Origin: Vannielia litorea
Lineage (GTDB): Bacteria; Pseudomonadota; Alphaproteobacteria; Rhodobacterales; Rhodobacteraceae
Length of the DNA: 64,000 nucleotides
Assembly: GCF_019801175.1 (NCBI RefSeq)
Contig: NZ_JAHVJR010000001.1
Span: 2,944,580 to 3,008,579 of the forward strand
Direction of reading: 5' to 3'
Shown: piece after piece, positions 10,029-20,080 of the stretch
How the letters are laid out: each line of letters begins with the position of its first letter
Position numbering within the stretch: the stretch's first letter is position 1
Notes under the pieces: generated by a model
Told to the model about the DNA's origin: nothing
Seen by the model: only the letters and a program-made list of their open reading frames with translations
The model's database searches: none
Program-made: the position numbers and the translations under genes

Positions 10029-10378
10029 GTGTGAAGCGAAAGCAGATGCAGCGGCTCTCCGGGCTGATGGAGGCGCGGTTCATGGCCGGTCAGGGCACGC
10101 TCAAGCAACGCCTCGCCGAAGAGGCCCGCCTCGCCGCGGCCATCGACGAGATCGACAACGCCCGCCGTCAGGCGATGGCCGATGCCTCCGACCCGGTCCA
10201 CTTCAGCCCGTCCCACGCGCGGGCCACCAACGTGTGGCTGCGCTGGACCGATGCGCGCAAGGCGGTGCTCAACCGCGACCTCGCCCGCGCCCGCGCCGCC
10301 TCGGCCAAGGCCCGCAAGGCATTGGCCCGGTCCTTCGGACAGATGCAGGCCAGCCGGGAACTGATCCGCAAGCTATGA
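10025..10378 (+). CDS. Hypothetical coiled-coil protein downstream of flhB (FliJ-like?)
   Basis: 117 aa, entirely alpha-helical and charged. Start overlaps the flhB stop. No recognizable motif. Confidence 0.35.
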   Translation: MSVKRKQMQRLSGLMEARFMAGQGTLKQRLAEEARLAAAIDEIDNARRQAMADASDPVHFSPSHARATNVWLRWTDARKAVLNRDLARARAASAKARKALARSFGQMQASRELIRKL

Positions 10379-10831
10379 GAGCCGCTTTTCCATGAAGAGC
10401 GAGGAGGCCGCATCGGGGTAGTCGCCGAACGGCCCACGCTCCGTAAACCCCGCCGCCCGATACACCCTATGCGCCGCCTCCAGCAGGTTGCCAGTCTCCA
10501 GCCGCAGCCAGCCCAGCCCGCGCGCGCGCGCCTCCGCCTCGATCGCCGCAAGCACCTTCCCGGCCACCCCGCGCCCCCGCGCCGCCTCGTCGGTGAACAT
10601 CGATTTCACCTCGCCGTAGCCCGCCTTAACCGCCAGCGCTCCGGTGCCCACCACCCGGCCCACGTCCTGCGCGACAAAAAACACGATGTCCGGACCGGCA
10701 AGCGCGTCGATGTCGAGAAAGAAGTTATCCTCCGGCGGAAACAGCCGTTCCATCAGTGCGTGGCTCTGCTTCAGCAGAGCGGTCGCCTCCGGGTGCCGAG
10801 GGTCTCCGACCGTCACCTCGATTTCGCGCAT
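10373..10831 (-). CDS. GNAT family N-acetyltransferase
   Basis: 152 aa with an acetyl-CoA binding motif (VGRVVGTGAL...RGRGVAGKVL). Confidence 0.8.
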   Translation of the reverse strand: MREIEVTVGDPRHPEATALLKQSHALMERLFPPEDNFFLDIDALAGPDIVFFVAQDVGRVVGTGALAVKAGYGEVKSMFTDEAARGRGVAGKVLAAIEAEARARGLGWLRLETGNLLEAAHRVYRAAGFTERGPFGDYPDAASSLFMEKRLS

Positions 10832-10973
10832 ATCAGCCTCCGTTTCGGCGTTCCCCCGCCGTCACCCGCTCCATATCTTGTGGATAAGACCAACATCCAG
10901 CCCAGATGCTGATTGACAGACGCAGCACACCCCCCAAACATGGGTCAGCCCCGGGGAATCGCCCCCACGGGGC

Positions 10974-13900
10974 ATGGGGACAACAACCGGGGCAGCAGGC
11001 AGCGTGCGTTTCACACGGCTCAGACTCAATGGCTTCAAGAGCTTCGTCGACCCGACCGATCTGGTCATCGCCGATGGCCTGACCGGCGTTGTCGGCCCGA
11101 ACGGCTGCGGCAAGTCCAACCTGCTGGAAGCCCTGCGCTGGGTCATGGGCGAGAACCGCCCAACCGCCATGCGCGGCGGCGGCATGGAAGATGTCATCTT
11201 CGCCGGTGCCGCCTCGCGCCCGGCCCGCAACTTCGCCGAAGTCTCGATCCATATCGACAACGCCGAGCGCCTCGCGCCCGCCGGGTTCAACGATGCCGAT
11301 GTGCTCGAGGTCGTCCGCCGCATCACCCGCGATGCCGGCTCGGCCTACAAGGCCAACACCAAGGATGTGCGGGCGCGCGACATCCAGATGCTCTTCGCCG
11401 ATGCCTCCACCGGCTCGCACAGCCCGGCGCTGGTGCGGCAGGGGCAAATCTCGGAGCTGATCAACGCCAAGCCCAAGAACCGGCGGCGGATTCTCGAAGA
11501 GGCGGCAGGCATTTCCGGCCTCTACCAGCGCCGCCACGAGGCCGAGCTCAAGCTGAACGGCGCCGAGCAAAACCTCGCCCGCGTCGATGACGTGATCGAG
11601 CAACTCGCCGCCCAGCTTTCACAGCTCGCCCGGCAGGCCCGGCAGGCCGCCCGCTATCGCGAGATCGGCACCGAGTTGCGGCAGGTCGAAGGCCTGCTGC
11701 TCTACCGCCGCTGGAAAGAGGCCGATGAGGCTGTGGCCGCCGCAGGCCACGCCCACCGCGAAACCGTTGCCGCCGCCTCCGCCGCCGAACGCGCCGTGCT
11801 GGCCGCCGAAAAGCGCCGCAGCGAGACCGATGCCGCCCTGCCCGCACTCCGCGAAGAAGAGGCGATTGCCGCCGCCGTGCTGCAACGGCTCTCGGTCGAG
11901 CGCGGCGGGTTGCGTGAGGAAGCCACGCGCGCCGAGGCCGCCATCGACACACTGAAGAACCGGCTGGTCCAGCTTGCCCGTGACATGGAGCGCGAAGACG
12001 GGCTGAACCGTGATGCCGGTGAGACCGTCCAGCGCCTCGGCTGGGAGGAGACCGAGCTGCAAAAGGCCGGTGAGGGCCACGAGGACAAGCTGGAGCAGGC
12101 CACCGAGGCCGCCCGCAAAGCTGCCTCCGTGCTCTCCGAGATCGAGGAGCAACTGGCTGAAAAGACAGAGGATGTTGCCCGCCTCGCCGCCCGCCACCAA
12201 TCTGCCCAGCGGATGCAGGCCGATGCCCGCAGCGCCGCCGACCGAGGCGAGGCCGAGGCCGCCAAGGCCCGGGCGCAGGCCGAGGAGGCGCGGGGCCGCA
12301 AGTCCGGCGCCGAGGAGGCGATGCGCGCGGCCCAGATGGCCAGCGAGATCGCCAGCGCCAAGGCCGAAGAGGCCGAGGCCGCGCTCGAGGCTGCCGATGC
12401 TGCCCGCGCCGATATCGCCGGGCGCGAGGCCGAAGCCCGCGCAGCCGCCTCCGCCGCCGAGGGCGAAACCAAGACCCTTTCCGCCGAGATGCACGCGCTG
12501 GCCCGGCTGGTCGACCGCGAGGGCACCGAGGGCGCGCAGGTGCTCGACATGCTCTCGGTCGACAAGGGCTACGAAAAGGCTCTCGGCGCCGCGCTGGCCG
12601 ACGATCTTCGCGCCCCCGCCGTCGAGGCCGACGCGCCCTCCGGCTGGGCCGCCCTGCCCGCCTATCCTGCGCCGCAGGGCCTGCCCGGCGGGCTGCATCC
12701 GCTGGCCGATTACATGCATGTGCCCGAGGTGCTCCAGCGCCGCATGGCCGAGGTCGGGCTGGTGAGCTCCCCCGAGGAGGGCGCCGCGCGGCAGGCCGAG
12801 CTGAAGCCCGGCCAGCGGCTGGTGAGCCGTGAGGGCGACCTCTGGCGTTGGGATGGCTTCCGCGCCGGGGCCGAAGATGCGCCCTCCGCCGCCGCCCTCC
12901 GGTTGGAGCAGCTGAACCGGCTGGAAGAGCTGAAGATCGACCTCAACGAGGCCGAGGCCCGCGCCGAGGGCGCACGCTCCGCCCACCGCAGCCTGTCCGA
13001 CGAGTTGGCCCGCGTGACCGAGGCCGACCGCGCCGCCCGTCAGGCCCGCCGAGAGGCCGACACCGCGCTCGCCGATGCCTCCCGCGCCCTGAACCGCGCC
13101 GAGAGCGATGCCGCCATGGCCGCCACCCGCGCCGAAGCCGCCGAGATGGCGGTGAAGCGCCATGAGGATGAGGCCGCCGATGCACGCGGCCGTCTGGCCG
13201 AGGCCGAGGCTGCGCTGTCTCAGCTCGGCGATCTGGAGGAGGCGCGCGGCAACGTCGAGGCTGCCAAGAGCCTCGTCGAGAACGCCCGGCAGGACATGCT
13301 CTCCCGCCGCGCCGTGCAGGATGAGATCCGCCGCATGGGCGAGGCCCGCGTGCGGCGCGTGCAGGAGATCGCCCGCGAAGTCGCCAGCTGGACCGAGCGC
13401 CTCACCAACGCAGAGACCCGCTCCACTGAGCTGAAGGAGCGCCACGCCGCTACCGAGGCCGAGCTGGAACAGGCCGAGGCCGCGCCGGAAGAGATCGAGG
13501 CCCGCGAGGCAAAGCTTCTGGAGGCGCTTGAGGGGGCCGAAGACCGCCGCAAAGCCGCCGCTGACGCACTGGCGACCGGCGAGAGCGCATGGCGCGAGGC
13601 TCAGGCTCAGGAGCGCGAGGCCACCAAGATCGCAGGCGATTTGCGCGAAGGGCGCGCCGCCGCACAGGCCCGCATGGAGGCCGCGCAGGAAGCCCGGAAG
13701 CTCGCCGAGGAGCGTATCCACGAAGAGCTGGAATGCGCCCCCGCAAAACTGCTCGAAACCCTGGACACCGACCCCGAGAAGATGCCCGGTGTCGATGCGC
13801 TCGAAAATGACCTCTCCCGCCTGCGCCGCCAGCGCGACGCTTTGGGCGCGGTGAACCTCCGCGCCGAGGAAGACGCCAAAGAGGTCCAGACCGAGCATGA

Positions 13901-14462
13901 CGAGTTGGTGAAAGAAAAGGCCGATCTCGAAGAGGCGATCCGCGCTCTGCGCAACGGCATCGCCGGCCTCAACAAGGAGGGCCGCGAGCGCCTTCTGACC
14001 GCCTTCGAACAGGTGAACTCAAACTTCACCCTCCTGTTCAAGCACCTCTTCGGTGGCGGTGAGGCCTCGCTCGAACTGGTCGAGTCAGATGACCCGCTGG
14101 AAGCCGGCCTCGAGATCATGTGCATGCCGCCGGGCAAGAAACTCAGCACGCTCAGCCTGCTGTCAGGCGGCGAGCAGACCCTGACCGCGCTCGCGCTCAT
14201 CTTCGCCGTCTTCCTCGCCAACCCCGCCCCGATCTGCGTGCTCGACGAGGTGGATGCCCCGCTTGACGATGCCAACGTCACCCGGTTCTGCGACCTGCTG
14301 GACGAGATGACGCGGCGGACAGATACCCGCTTCCTCATCATCACCCACCACGCGGTGACGATGAGCCGGATGGATCGCCTCTTCGGCGTCACCATGCAGG
14401 AACAGGGCGTGAGCCAACTGGTCTCGGTCGACCTCAAGAAGGCCGAAGCGCTCGTGGCCTGA
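10974..14462 (+). CDS. smc: Chromosome segregation protein SMC
   Basis: 1162 aa. Walker A (GPNGCGKSNLLEAL), long coiled coils, hinge, C-terminal signature/Walker B (LSGGEQTLTALALIFAVF...VLDEVDAPLDDAN). Confidence 0.9.
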   Translation: MGTTTGAAGSVRFTRLRLNGFKSFVDPTDLVIADGLTGVVGPNGCGKSNLLEALRWVMGENRPTAMRGGGMEDVIFAGAASRPARNFAEVSIHIDNAERLAPAGFNDADVLEVVRRITRDAGSAYKANTKDVRARDIQMLFADASTGSHSPALVRQGQISELINAKPKNRRRILEEAAGISGLYQRRHEAELKLNGAEQNLARVDDVIEQLAAQLSQLARQARQAARYREIGTELRQVEGLLLYRRWKEADEAVAAAGHAHRETVAAASAAERAVLAAEKRRSETDAALPALREEEAIAAAVLQRLSVERGGLREEATRAEAAIDTLKNRLVQLARDMEREDGLNRDAGETVQRLGWEETELQKAGEGHEDKLEQATEAARKAASVLSEIEEQLAEKTEDVARLAARHQSAQRMQADARSAADRGEAEAAKARAQAEEARGRKSGAEEAMRAAQMASEIASAKAEEAEAALEAADAARADIAGREAEARAAASAAEGETKTLSAEMHALARLVDREGTEGAQVLDMLSVDKGYEKALGAALADDLRAPAVEADAPSGWAALPAYPAPQGLPGGLHPLADYMHVPEVLQRRMAEVGLVSSPEEGAARQAELKPGQRLVSREGDLWRWDGFRAGAEDAPSAAALRLEQLNRLEELKIDLNEAEARAEGARSAHRSLSDELARVTEADRAARQARREADTALADASRALNRAESDAAMAATRAEAAEMAVKRHEDEAADARGRLAEAEAALSQLGDLEEARGNVEAAKSLVENARQDMLSRRAVQDEIRRMGEARVRRVQEIAREVASWTERLTNAETRSTELKERHAATEAELEQAEAAPEEIEAREAKLLEALEGAEDRRKAAADALATGESAWREAQAQEREATKIAGDLREGRAAAQARMEAAQEARKLAEERIHEELECAPAKLLETLDTDPEKMPGVDALENDLSRLRRQRDALGAVNLRAEEDAKEVQTEHDELVKEKADLEEAIRALRNGIAGLNKEGRERLLTAFEQVNSNFTLLFKHLFGGGEASLELVESDDPLEAGLEIMCMPPGKKLSTLSLLSGGEQTLTALALIFAVFLANPAPICVLDEVDAPLDDANVTRFCDLLDEMTRRTDTRFLIITHHAVTMSRMDRLFGVTMQEQGVSQLVSVDLKKAEALVA

Positions 14463-14504
14463 GTGGCGAATGGCGGGACGTATCCCGCCACCACGCCTGA
14501 AGCC

Positions 14505-16019
14505 TCACCCCTTGATACTCTCCGCCGAGGCCATCCCTTCGGCCATCGACTTGCCACCGATCTTGTCGCGTACGGCCTTCTCGATGCGCTCGCCAATGTC
14601 ACCGTCAATGTTGCGCCAGTACTCGAACGCCCGCACCAACACCTTCTCGCTGACCCCGGCGCTCAGGTGCCCGGCGACGTTATTCACCAGGCGCTCACGG
14701 CCATCGTCGTCCATCACCTCGCGCACCAGCGTTCCGGCCTGGCTCCAGTCGTCGTCATCCTCGCGCAGCGTATAGGCCTCGCGCACCATCTCGCCGTCGC
14801 TGTGCCAGAGCCCGGCTTCGTGCTCGTGAGGCTGTGCCTCGGGCCCGCCGTAGGTGTTGGGCGCATAGACCGGGTCGCTCACCGGCACCGTCCGCCCCGC
14901 ACCATCCTTCGAGTAGCTATGCACCGGCGATTGCGCCTTGTTCACCGGAATTTCCTTGTAATTCACCCCAAGCCGCGCGCGGTGGGCATCGGCGTAGGAA
15001 AATCCCCGTGCCAGCAGCATCTTGTCGGGCGAAAGGCCCACGCCCGGCACCATGTTGTTCGGCTCGAAAGCCGCCTGCTCGATCTGGGTATGAAAATCGG
15101 TCGGGTTCCGATCGAGCACCATCCTGCCGACCTCGATCAGCGGGTAATCGGCATGCGGCCAGACCTTGGTGAGGTCGAACGGGTTGATCCGGTAGGTCTT
15201 TGCATCGTCCCACGGCATCACCTGCCACTTCAGTGTCCAGCTCGGGTGGTTGCCCTCGCGGATCTGGTTGAACAGGTCGGCCCGGTGATAGTCGCCATCC
15301 GTGCCCGCCAGCCTGTCGGCCTCTTCCTGCGTGAGGTGCGCGTTGCCGTCGCCTTGGTCGGTATGAAAGTGGAATTTCACCCAAAACCGCTCGCCCTCAG
15401 CGTTCACCAGTGAGTAGGTGTGCGAGGAATAGCCATTCATCTCCCGCCACGTCCGCGGAATGCCCCGGTCGCCCATCAGGTAAGCCACCTGGTGCGCGCT
15501 CTCGGGCGACAGCGTCCAGAAATCCCACTGCATGTCATGGTCGCGCAACCCGTTGTCCGCGCGGCGTTTCTGGCTGCGGATGAAGTGCTGAAACTTCATC
15601 GGATCCCGGATGAAGAAGATGGGCGTGTTGTTGCCCACCATGTCGAAGTTGCCTTCCTCGGTGTAGAACTTCACCGCAAAGCCGCGCGGGTCGCGCCACG
15701 TGTCAGGGCTGCCCTGCTCGCCCGCCACGGTGGAAAACCGGGCGAGGATGTCGGTCTTCGCGCCCGGCTGAAACACCTTCGCCTTGGTGTATTTCGAAAC
15801 ATCCGCCGTCACTTCGAAATGCCCGAAGGCACCCGAGCCCTTTGCATGCGGTTGCCGCTCCGGGATGCGCTCGCGGTTGAAGTTGGCCATCTGCTCCAGC
15901 AGGTAATGGTCATTCAGCACGATCGGGCCGTCGCGGCCTACGGTCAGCGAATGCTCATCGCTCTGGACCGGAATGCCGGCATCGGTGGTGGTGTGCGGGG
16001 TGGAAGGTTTCTTGGCCAT
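14505..16019 (-). CDS. Monofunctional heme catalase
   Basis: Catalase signatures ([23 protein letters not shown]; distal His; proximal Tyr region). Start taken at [10 protein letters not shown], the internal Met of the 521-aa ORF. Confidence 0.9.
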   Translation of the reverse strand: MAKKPSTPHTTTDAGIPVQSDEHSLTVGRDGPIVLNDHYLLEQMANFNRERIPERQPHAKGSGAFGHFEVTADVSKYTKAKVFQPGAKTDILARFSTVAGEQGSPDTWRDPRGFAVKFYTEEGNFDMVGNNTPIFFIRDPMKFQHFIRSQKRRADNGLRDHDMQWDFWTLSPESAHQVAYLMGDRGIPRTWREMNGYSSHTYSLVNAEGERFWVKFHFHTDQGDGNAHLTQEEADRLAGTDGDYHRADLFNQIREGNHPSWTLKWQVMPWDDAKTYRINPFDLTKVWPHADYPLIEVGRMVLDRNPTDFHTQIEQAAFEPNNMVPGVGLSPDKMLLARGFSYADAHRARLGVNYKEIPVNKAQSPVHSYSKDGAGRTVPVSDPVYAPNTYGGPEAQPHEHEAGLWHSDGEMVREAYTLREDDDDWSQAGTLVREVMDDDGRERLVNNVAGHLSAGVSEKVLVRAFEYWRNIDGDIGERIEKAVRDKIGGKSMAEGMASAESIKG

Positions 16020-16123
16020 GTCGGGCTGCCTTTCGTTCAGGTGGCGTTGCCAACAGAACGATCCAGCCAATCAGAGGTTCCGGCCCACGCCGGACTGGCC
16101 GTGGCGCAGGCGGCCTCGGCCGC

Positions 16124-16576
16124 TCAGACCATCTCTTTCGCCAGTTCGCCAATCTTCTTGGCGACGGACTCCAGCGTTTCCGAATAGGCCCGCACCCGCT
16201 CACGAATTTCCGGCTCGCACTCGGGCACGCCATCGAGCGTGGCATAAAGCTCTTCGCTGCGGCGATGGAACTTGAGGCTCAGGTCCTCCACCATCGTCTC
16301 ATAGGATTTTTCGGCGAGCTGGAAGTAATCCTGCCGATCGCCCGGCTTCGTCACCCGGCGGATCATCCGGCGGTCGATCAGCGCGCGGGTCGCCGTGCTG
16401 ATGCTGCCCCGGCTCACCTGAAGCTCTGTCGCAAGGTCGCAGAACGCAACCGGAGACCCTTCCCAAACCAGCGCGCCCATCACCCGCCCTGCGGTGCGCG
16501 GCAGGCCGTCGGATTGCATCAGCAGCCCGATCTTCTCGATGAACTCGTCACGGATTTCTTCGATGGATTTGGTCAT
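16124..16576 (-). CDS. GbsR/MarR-like winged-helix transcriptional regulator
   Basis: LPRTAGRVMGALVWEGSPVAFCDLATELQVSRGSISTATRALIDRRMIRRV HTH region. Lies immediately upstream of the catalase on the same strand. Confidence 0.6.
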   Translation of the reverse strand: MTKSIEEIRDEFIEKIGLLMQSDGLPRTAGRVMGALVWEGSPVAFCDLATELQVSRGSISTATRALIDRRMIRRVTKPGDRQDYFQLAEKSYETMVEDLSLKFHRRSEELYATLDGVPECEPEIRERVRAYSETLESVAKKIGELAKEMV

Positions 16577-16729
16577 TCGGTCGCCTCTTCGGAGCTTCAA
16601 TTCATATGCGTCTTGGTCACTGTTCTTCTGTCGTTCTCGTAAGTTCAGATAGTACTAAACGCACTTAAAGTCTAGTGGTTCCCCCGTCCTGTGCGCCTGC
16701 GGAGGCCACCCGGGGCCATCCGACAAATT

Positions 16730-16748
16730 TTGAATCAAGCAAATTCAA
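16730..16748. promoter_or_regulatory. Inverted repeat TTGAAT-N7-ATTCAA in an AT-rich promoter region (candidate operator)
   Basis: Seen directly at 16730-16748. Sits in the only AT-rich stretch (~16600-16890) between the regulator gene and the divergent small secreted protein gene. ACTAAAC also occurs twice nearby. Confidence 0.35.
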
Positions 16749-16887
16749 TGCATTAGCATGTTCAATCCGATTATTTTGTTCTGTTTGTTTGATTCATACT
16801 AAACAGACCATACATCGGGCTCATCACGATGCAAGACATCGCGCCAACAGCCCACCAACGGGCACCACACGAAAGAGAGACAAGACA

Positions 16888-17229
16888 ATGAAAACCCCCA
16901 TCCTCGCAGCCGCCATTCTCGCCGTCGCCGCTCCCGCCTTCGCAAGCGATGCCAGCCTCGCCCGCTCCCTCGGCGTTCAGCCCGGTGCCTACACCCAAGA
17001 GCAGCTGGCCACGCTGAAAGCCCACGAGGGCGACTCCGCCGGTGAATCCCGCGTCTACTTCGGTGGCGATGCCGCCAACGGCGTGGTCAATGACGTGGCC
17101 GCCGCCAAGTTCCGCGAGCTGAACGCCGAGCAGAACAACGGCGTGTCCGCCACCTCGCAGGCGGTTGCCGCCCGCGGCATCATCAACCCGGTTGCCGAAG
17201 CCAAGTTCCAGGAACTGCGCGCCGAGTAA
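16888..17229 (+). CDS. Small secreted protein with internal repeat (AAKFRELNAEQNNGVS / AEAKFQELRAE)
   Basis: Signal peptide MKTPILAAAILAVAAPAFA. Shine-Dalgarno-like GAGAGACAAGACA upstream. Two copies of an AKF(R/Q)EL motif. Confidence 0.45.
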   Translation: MKTPILAAAILAVAAPAFASDASLARSLGVQPGAYTQEQLATLKAHEGDSAGESRVYFGGDAANGVVNDVAAAKFRELNAEQNNGVSATSQAVAARGIINPVAEAKFQELRAE

Positions 17230-17289
17230 TCCGCGCCCATCAGCGCAGCAAAAAGGGGGCCGTCATGGCCCCCTTTCTATGTCTATCAC

Positions 17290-18621
17290 CTATGCTTTCC
17301 CCGGCCCCAGCACCGACCGCAGCCGCCGGAATGCTTCCTCCGGGCCAGCGCTCGCCTCCGCCAGAAACCCGTCCAATTGCCCGTAAACCCGGATCGCCGC
17401 ATCGATCTCCGGATCCGAGCCCGAGGTATAGAGCCCCGACTGAATCATCAGCTCCGCCCGGTCATAAGCCCCCAGCCGTCGCCGTGCCTTGGCGATCAAC
17501 GCATTCTCCTGGGGGCTGGCCGCCTCGGGGAGTGACCGCGAGGTGGAGCGCAGCAGGTCCACCGCCGGAAAGCGCCCGCGTTCCGCGATCTCCCGCGCCA
17601 GCACCACGTGGCCGTCGAGCACGCCGCGCAGGATGTCGGCCACCGGCTCCTCCATGTCTGATCCGGCGACCAGCACAGAGAAAATCGCGGTGATGTCGCC
17701 CACTCCCTCCACCCCCGGCCCGGCCCGCTCGGCCAGCGCCATGATCATATGGGCGGTCGAGGGCGGATAGCCCCGCAAGCTCGCAGGCTCCCCCGCCGCC
17801 AGCGCTACCTCCCGGTGCGCCTCGGCAAAGCGCGTTACCGAGTCGGCCAGAAAAAGCACATGGTGCCCCTCGTCCCGCAGGTGCTCCGCCACCGCCATCG
17901 CCGTCCAGAGGCACCGGCGCCGGGCAATGGCCGACTGGTCCGATGTCGCCGCCACGATCACCGAGCGCGCCATCCCCTCCGGCCCCAGCACATCTTCTAT
18001 GAAGTGCCGCAGCTCCCGCCCCCGCTCACCTACCAGGGCAATCACCGCCCGGTCGGCCTGAAGCCCCCGGCCCAGTGCGCCCAGCAGTGAGGATTTGCCC
18101 ACGCCCGACCCGGCGAAAAGGCCGAGGCGCTGGCCCCGGACGATCGGCAGCAGCGTGTCGAACACCGCCAGCCCGGTGCCCAGCCGGTCGCCCAGCCGCT
18201 TGCGCTGTGTCGCAGGCGGCGCATGGGGCCGCAGTGGGCGCAGGTCCGGCCCCCGCGCTAGCGCCCGCCTGTCGAGTGGCTGGCCATAGGGGTCGATCAC
18301 CCGCCCCTGCCACGACAGATCAGGGAACAGCCCGTCGCCACCCTGAAGCGTCACCTTGTCGCCCAGCCGGATGCCATCGGCCGGCCCGTCCGGCAGCGCC
18401 ATCGCGCGCTCCCGGTCGATATGCACGATCTCGCCCCGCAGCCGCCCGCCCTGCGTGCCGAGCCAGACCTGATCGCCTAGCGCGGCGATCTCCGACAGGC
18501 CGGTGAGTTCCACCGCGCCGCGCCCTACCGCACTGATCCGCCCGACCGAGGCCGAGGGCCGGAGCGCCGCAATTTCGGCGGTGAGTTGGGCAATAGAGGT
18601 CTCGGCCATGGGATTCTCCAC
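17290..18621 (-). CDS. fliI: Flagellum-specific ATP synthase FliI
   Basis: 443 aa, Walker A (GLFAGSGVGKSSLLGALGRG), F1/T3SS ATPase family. Confidence 0.9.
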   Translation of the reverse strand: MENPMAETSIAQLTAEIAALRPSASVGRISAVGRGAVELTGLSEIAALGDQVWLGTQGGRLRGEIVHIDRERAMALPDGPADGIRLGDKVTLQGGDGLFPDLSWQGRVIDPYGQPLDRRALARGPDLRPLRPHAPPATQRKRLGDRLGTGLAVFDTLLPIVRGQRLGLFAGSGVGKSSLLGALGRGLQADRAVIALVGERGRELRHFIEDVLGPEGMARSVIVAATSDQSAIARRRCLWTAMAVAEHLRDEGHHVLFLADSVTRFAEAHREVALAAGEPASLRGYPPSTAHMIMALAERAGPGVEGVGDITAIFSVLVAGSDMEEPVADILRGVLDGHVVLAREIAERGRFPAVDLLRSTSRSLPEAASPQENALIAKARRRLGAYDRAELMIQSGLYTSGSDPEIDAAIRVYGQLDGFLAEASAGPEEAFRRLRSVLGPGKA

Positions 18622-18706
18622 ATTCCGCGCCGCGAGCCGGGCGCCTGAAACTGTTTCTAAAGGAATCAGGGTTAAGCCCAGGTTGAAGCCCGTGGGAGAA
18701 ACCCCG

Positions 18707-19093
18707 ATGTTCGATCAGCTCGAGATCCTTTCAATGGCGCGTGGCCTTGCCACGCACTCCGCCGCCCGCCAGTCCGTGGTGGCGCAAAACCTCGCCCAGG
18801 CCGATACCGCCGGCTACAAGGCGCGCGACCTCGCCAGTTTTGGCGAGAGTTACCGTGCCTCGTCTGGGCTGGCCCTGCGCAGCACCCGCGCGGGCCATAT
18901 CGCCGACAGCACGCCACCGCCCGCCCTGCGCCCCCATGTGGAGCGCGGCATCGATGGCGACCCCAACGGCAACACCGTTTCGATCGAGAGCCAGATGGTG
19001 AAATCGGCCGAGATCCGCACCCAGCACGAGATGGCGCTTTCGGTCTACCGCACCACGCTCGGCATCCTCCGCACCACGCTCGGCCGCAGGTAA
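18707..19093 (+). CDS. flgB: Flagellar basal-body rod protein FlgB
   Basis: MFDQLEILSMARGLATHSAARQSVVAQNLAQADTAGYKARDL N-terminal rod motif. Start taken at the internal Met of the longer ORF. Confidence 0.85.
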   Translation: MFDQLEILSMARGLATHSAARQSVVAQNLAQADTAGYKARDLASFGESYRASSGLALRSTRAGHIADSTPPPALRPHVERGIDGDPNGNTVSIESQMVKSAEIRTQHEMALSVYRTTLGILRTTLGRR

Positions 19094-19102
19094 GGGGGCA
19101 AC

Positions 19103-19495
19103 ATGAGCGATCTTCTGTCCAGTTTCTCCGTCTCCGCCAGCGGCATGGCCGCGCAAAGCTCGCGCCTGCGCCACGTGTCGGAGAACATCGCCAACGCCGA
19201 TACCCCCGGCTACCACCGCAAGCTGACCCCGTTCCGCGAGGTGATGCAGGGCGGCCGGATGACCGGCGAGGTCGAGGCCGCGCCGGTCCGGCTCGATGAC
19301 ACCGAGCTTCCCGAGGTCTTCGACCCCTCGCACCCGATGGCCGATGAGGCGGGCTTCTACCGCGGCTCCAACGTCGACCTCGTGATCGAGATCGCCGATG
19401 CCCGCGAGGCCCAGCGCAGCTACGAGGCCAACCTCAAAATGTTTGATCAGGCCCGGCAGATGACCCGGAGCCTTTTGGAAATACTGCGAAAATAG
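19103..19495 (+). CDS. flgC: Flagellar basal-body rod protein FlgC
   Basis: MSDLLSSFSVSASGMAAQSSRLRHVSENIANADTPGYHRK, a canonical FlgC N-terminus. Confidence 0.9.
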   Translation: MSDLLSSFSVSASGMAAQSSRLRHVSENIANADTPGYHRKLTPFREVMQGGRMTGEVEAAPVRLDDTELPEVFDPSHPMADEAGFYRGSNVDLVIEIADAREAQRSYEANLKMFDQARQMTRSLLEILRK

Positions 19496-19515
19496 CAGGT
19501 TAAAGGAGATCCAGA

Positions 19516-19806
19516 ATGGATATCAAACTGTCCCAGGTGGCTCGGCTCTACGAAGGAGCCAAGCCGGCCACCGCTCCGAAAGAGAGCACTCAGTCGGGCG
19601 GCGAAGGCTTCGCCCGCGTGGCCCAGGACTTCGCCTCCATGCTCTCGAACGCGGAGCAGGTGGCGCAGGACGCGATGGTCGGCAAAGCCGATCCTCACGC
19701 CCTCGTTCAGGCATTGGCCGAAGCCGAGCTGGCGGTCGAAACCGCCGTCACGGTGCGCGACAAGGTCGTGGAGGCCTATCAGGAAATCCTGCGGATGCCT
19801 GTGTGA
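19516..19806 (+). CDS. fliE: Flagellar hook-basal body protein FliE
   Basis: 96 aa, FliE-like C-terminus (LAVETAVTVRDKVVEAYQEILRMPV). Confidence 0.8.
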   Translation: MDIKLSQVARLYEGAKPATAPKESTQSGGEGFARVAQDFASMLSNAEQVAQDAMVGKADPHALVQALAEAELAVETAVTVRDKVVEAYQEILRMPV

Positions 19807-19809
19807 TCA

Positions 19810-20076
19810 ATGGAGGCGGCGGGCTTTTACGACACGCTCCGCGAGGGGCTCTGGGTCGGCGTCATCATCGCGCTGCCCATCCTCATCGTGGCACTCGTCG
19901 CGGGCGTGGCCATCGGCCTCGTCCAGGCGCTCACCTCGGTGCAGGAGATGACCCTCACCTTCGTGCCCAAGCTCGCCGCCATCCTCGCCGTCTTCTGGCT
20001 GACCATGGGGTTCATGACCGAAAGCCTCGTCAGCTTCTTCCAATCCACCCTCGTGCCGCTAATCGCCGGAGGATGA
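19810..20076 (+). CDS. fliQ: Flagellar export apparatus protein FliQ
   Basis: 88 aa, two TM helices, FliQ family pattern. Confidence 0.85.
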   Translation: MEAAGFYDTLREGLWVGVIIALPILIVALVAGVAIGLVQALTSVQEMTLTFVPKLAAILAVFWLTMGFMTESLVSFFQSTLVPLIAGG

Positions 20077-20080
20077 CCCC

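Noticed and set aside
11619-13898. 759-aa minus-strand ORF
   Set aside because: Antisense shadow of smc. It is a low-complexity Gly/Ala/Leu composition.
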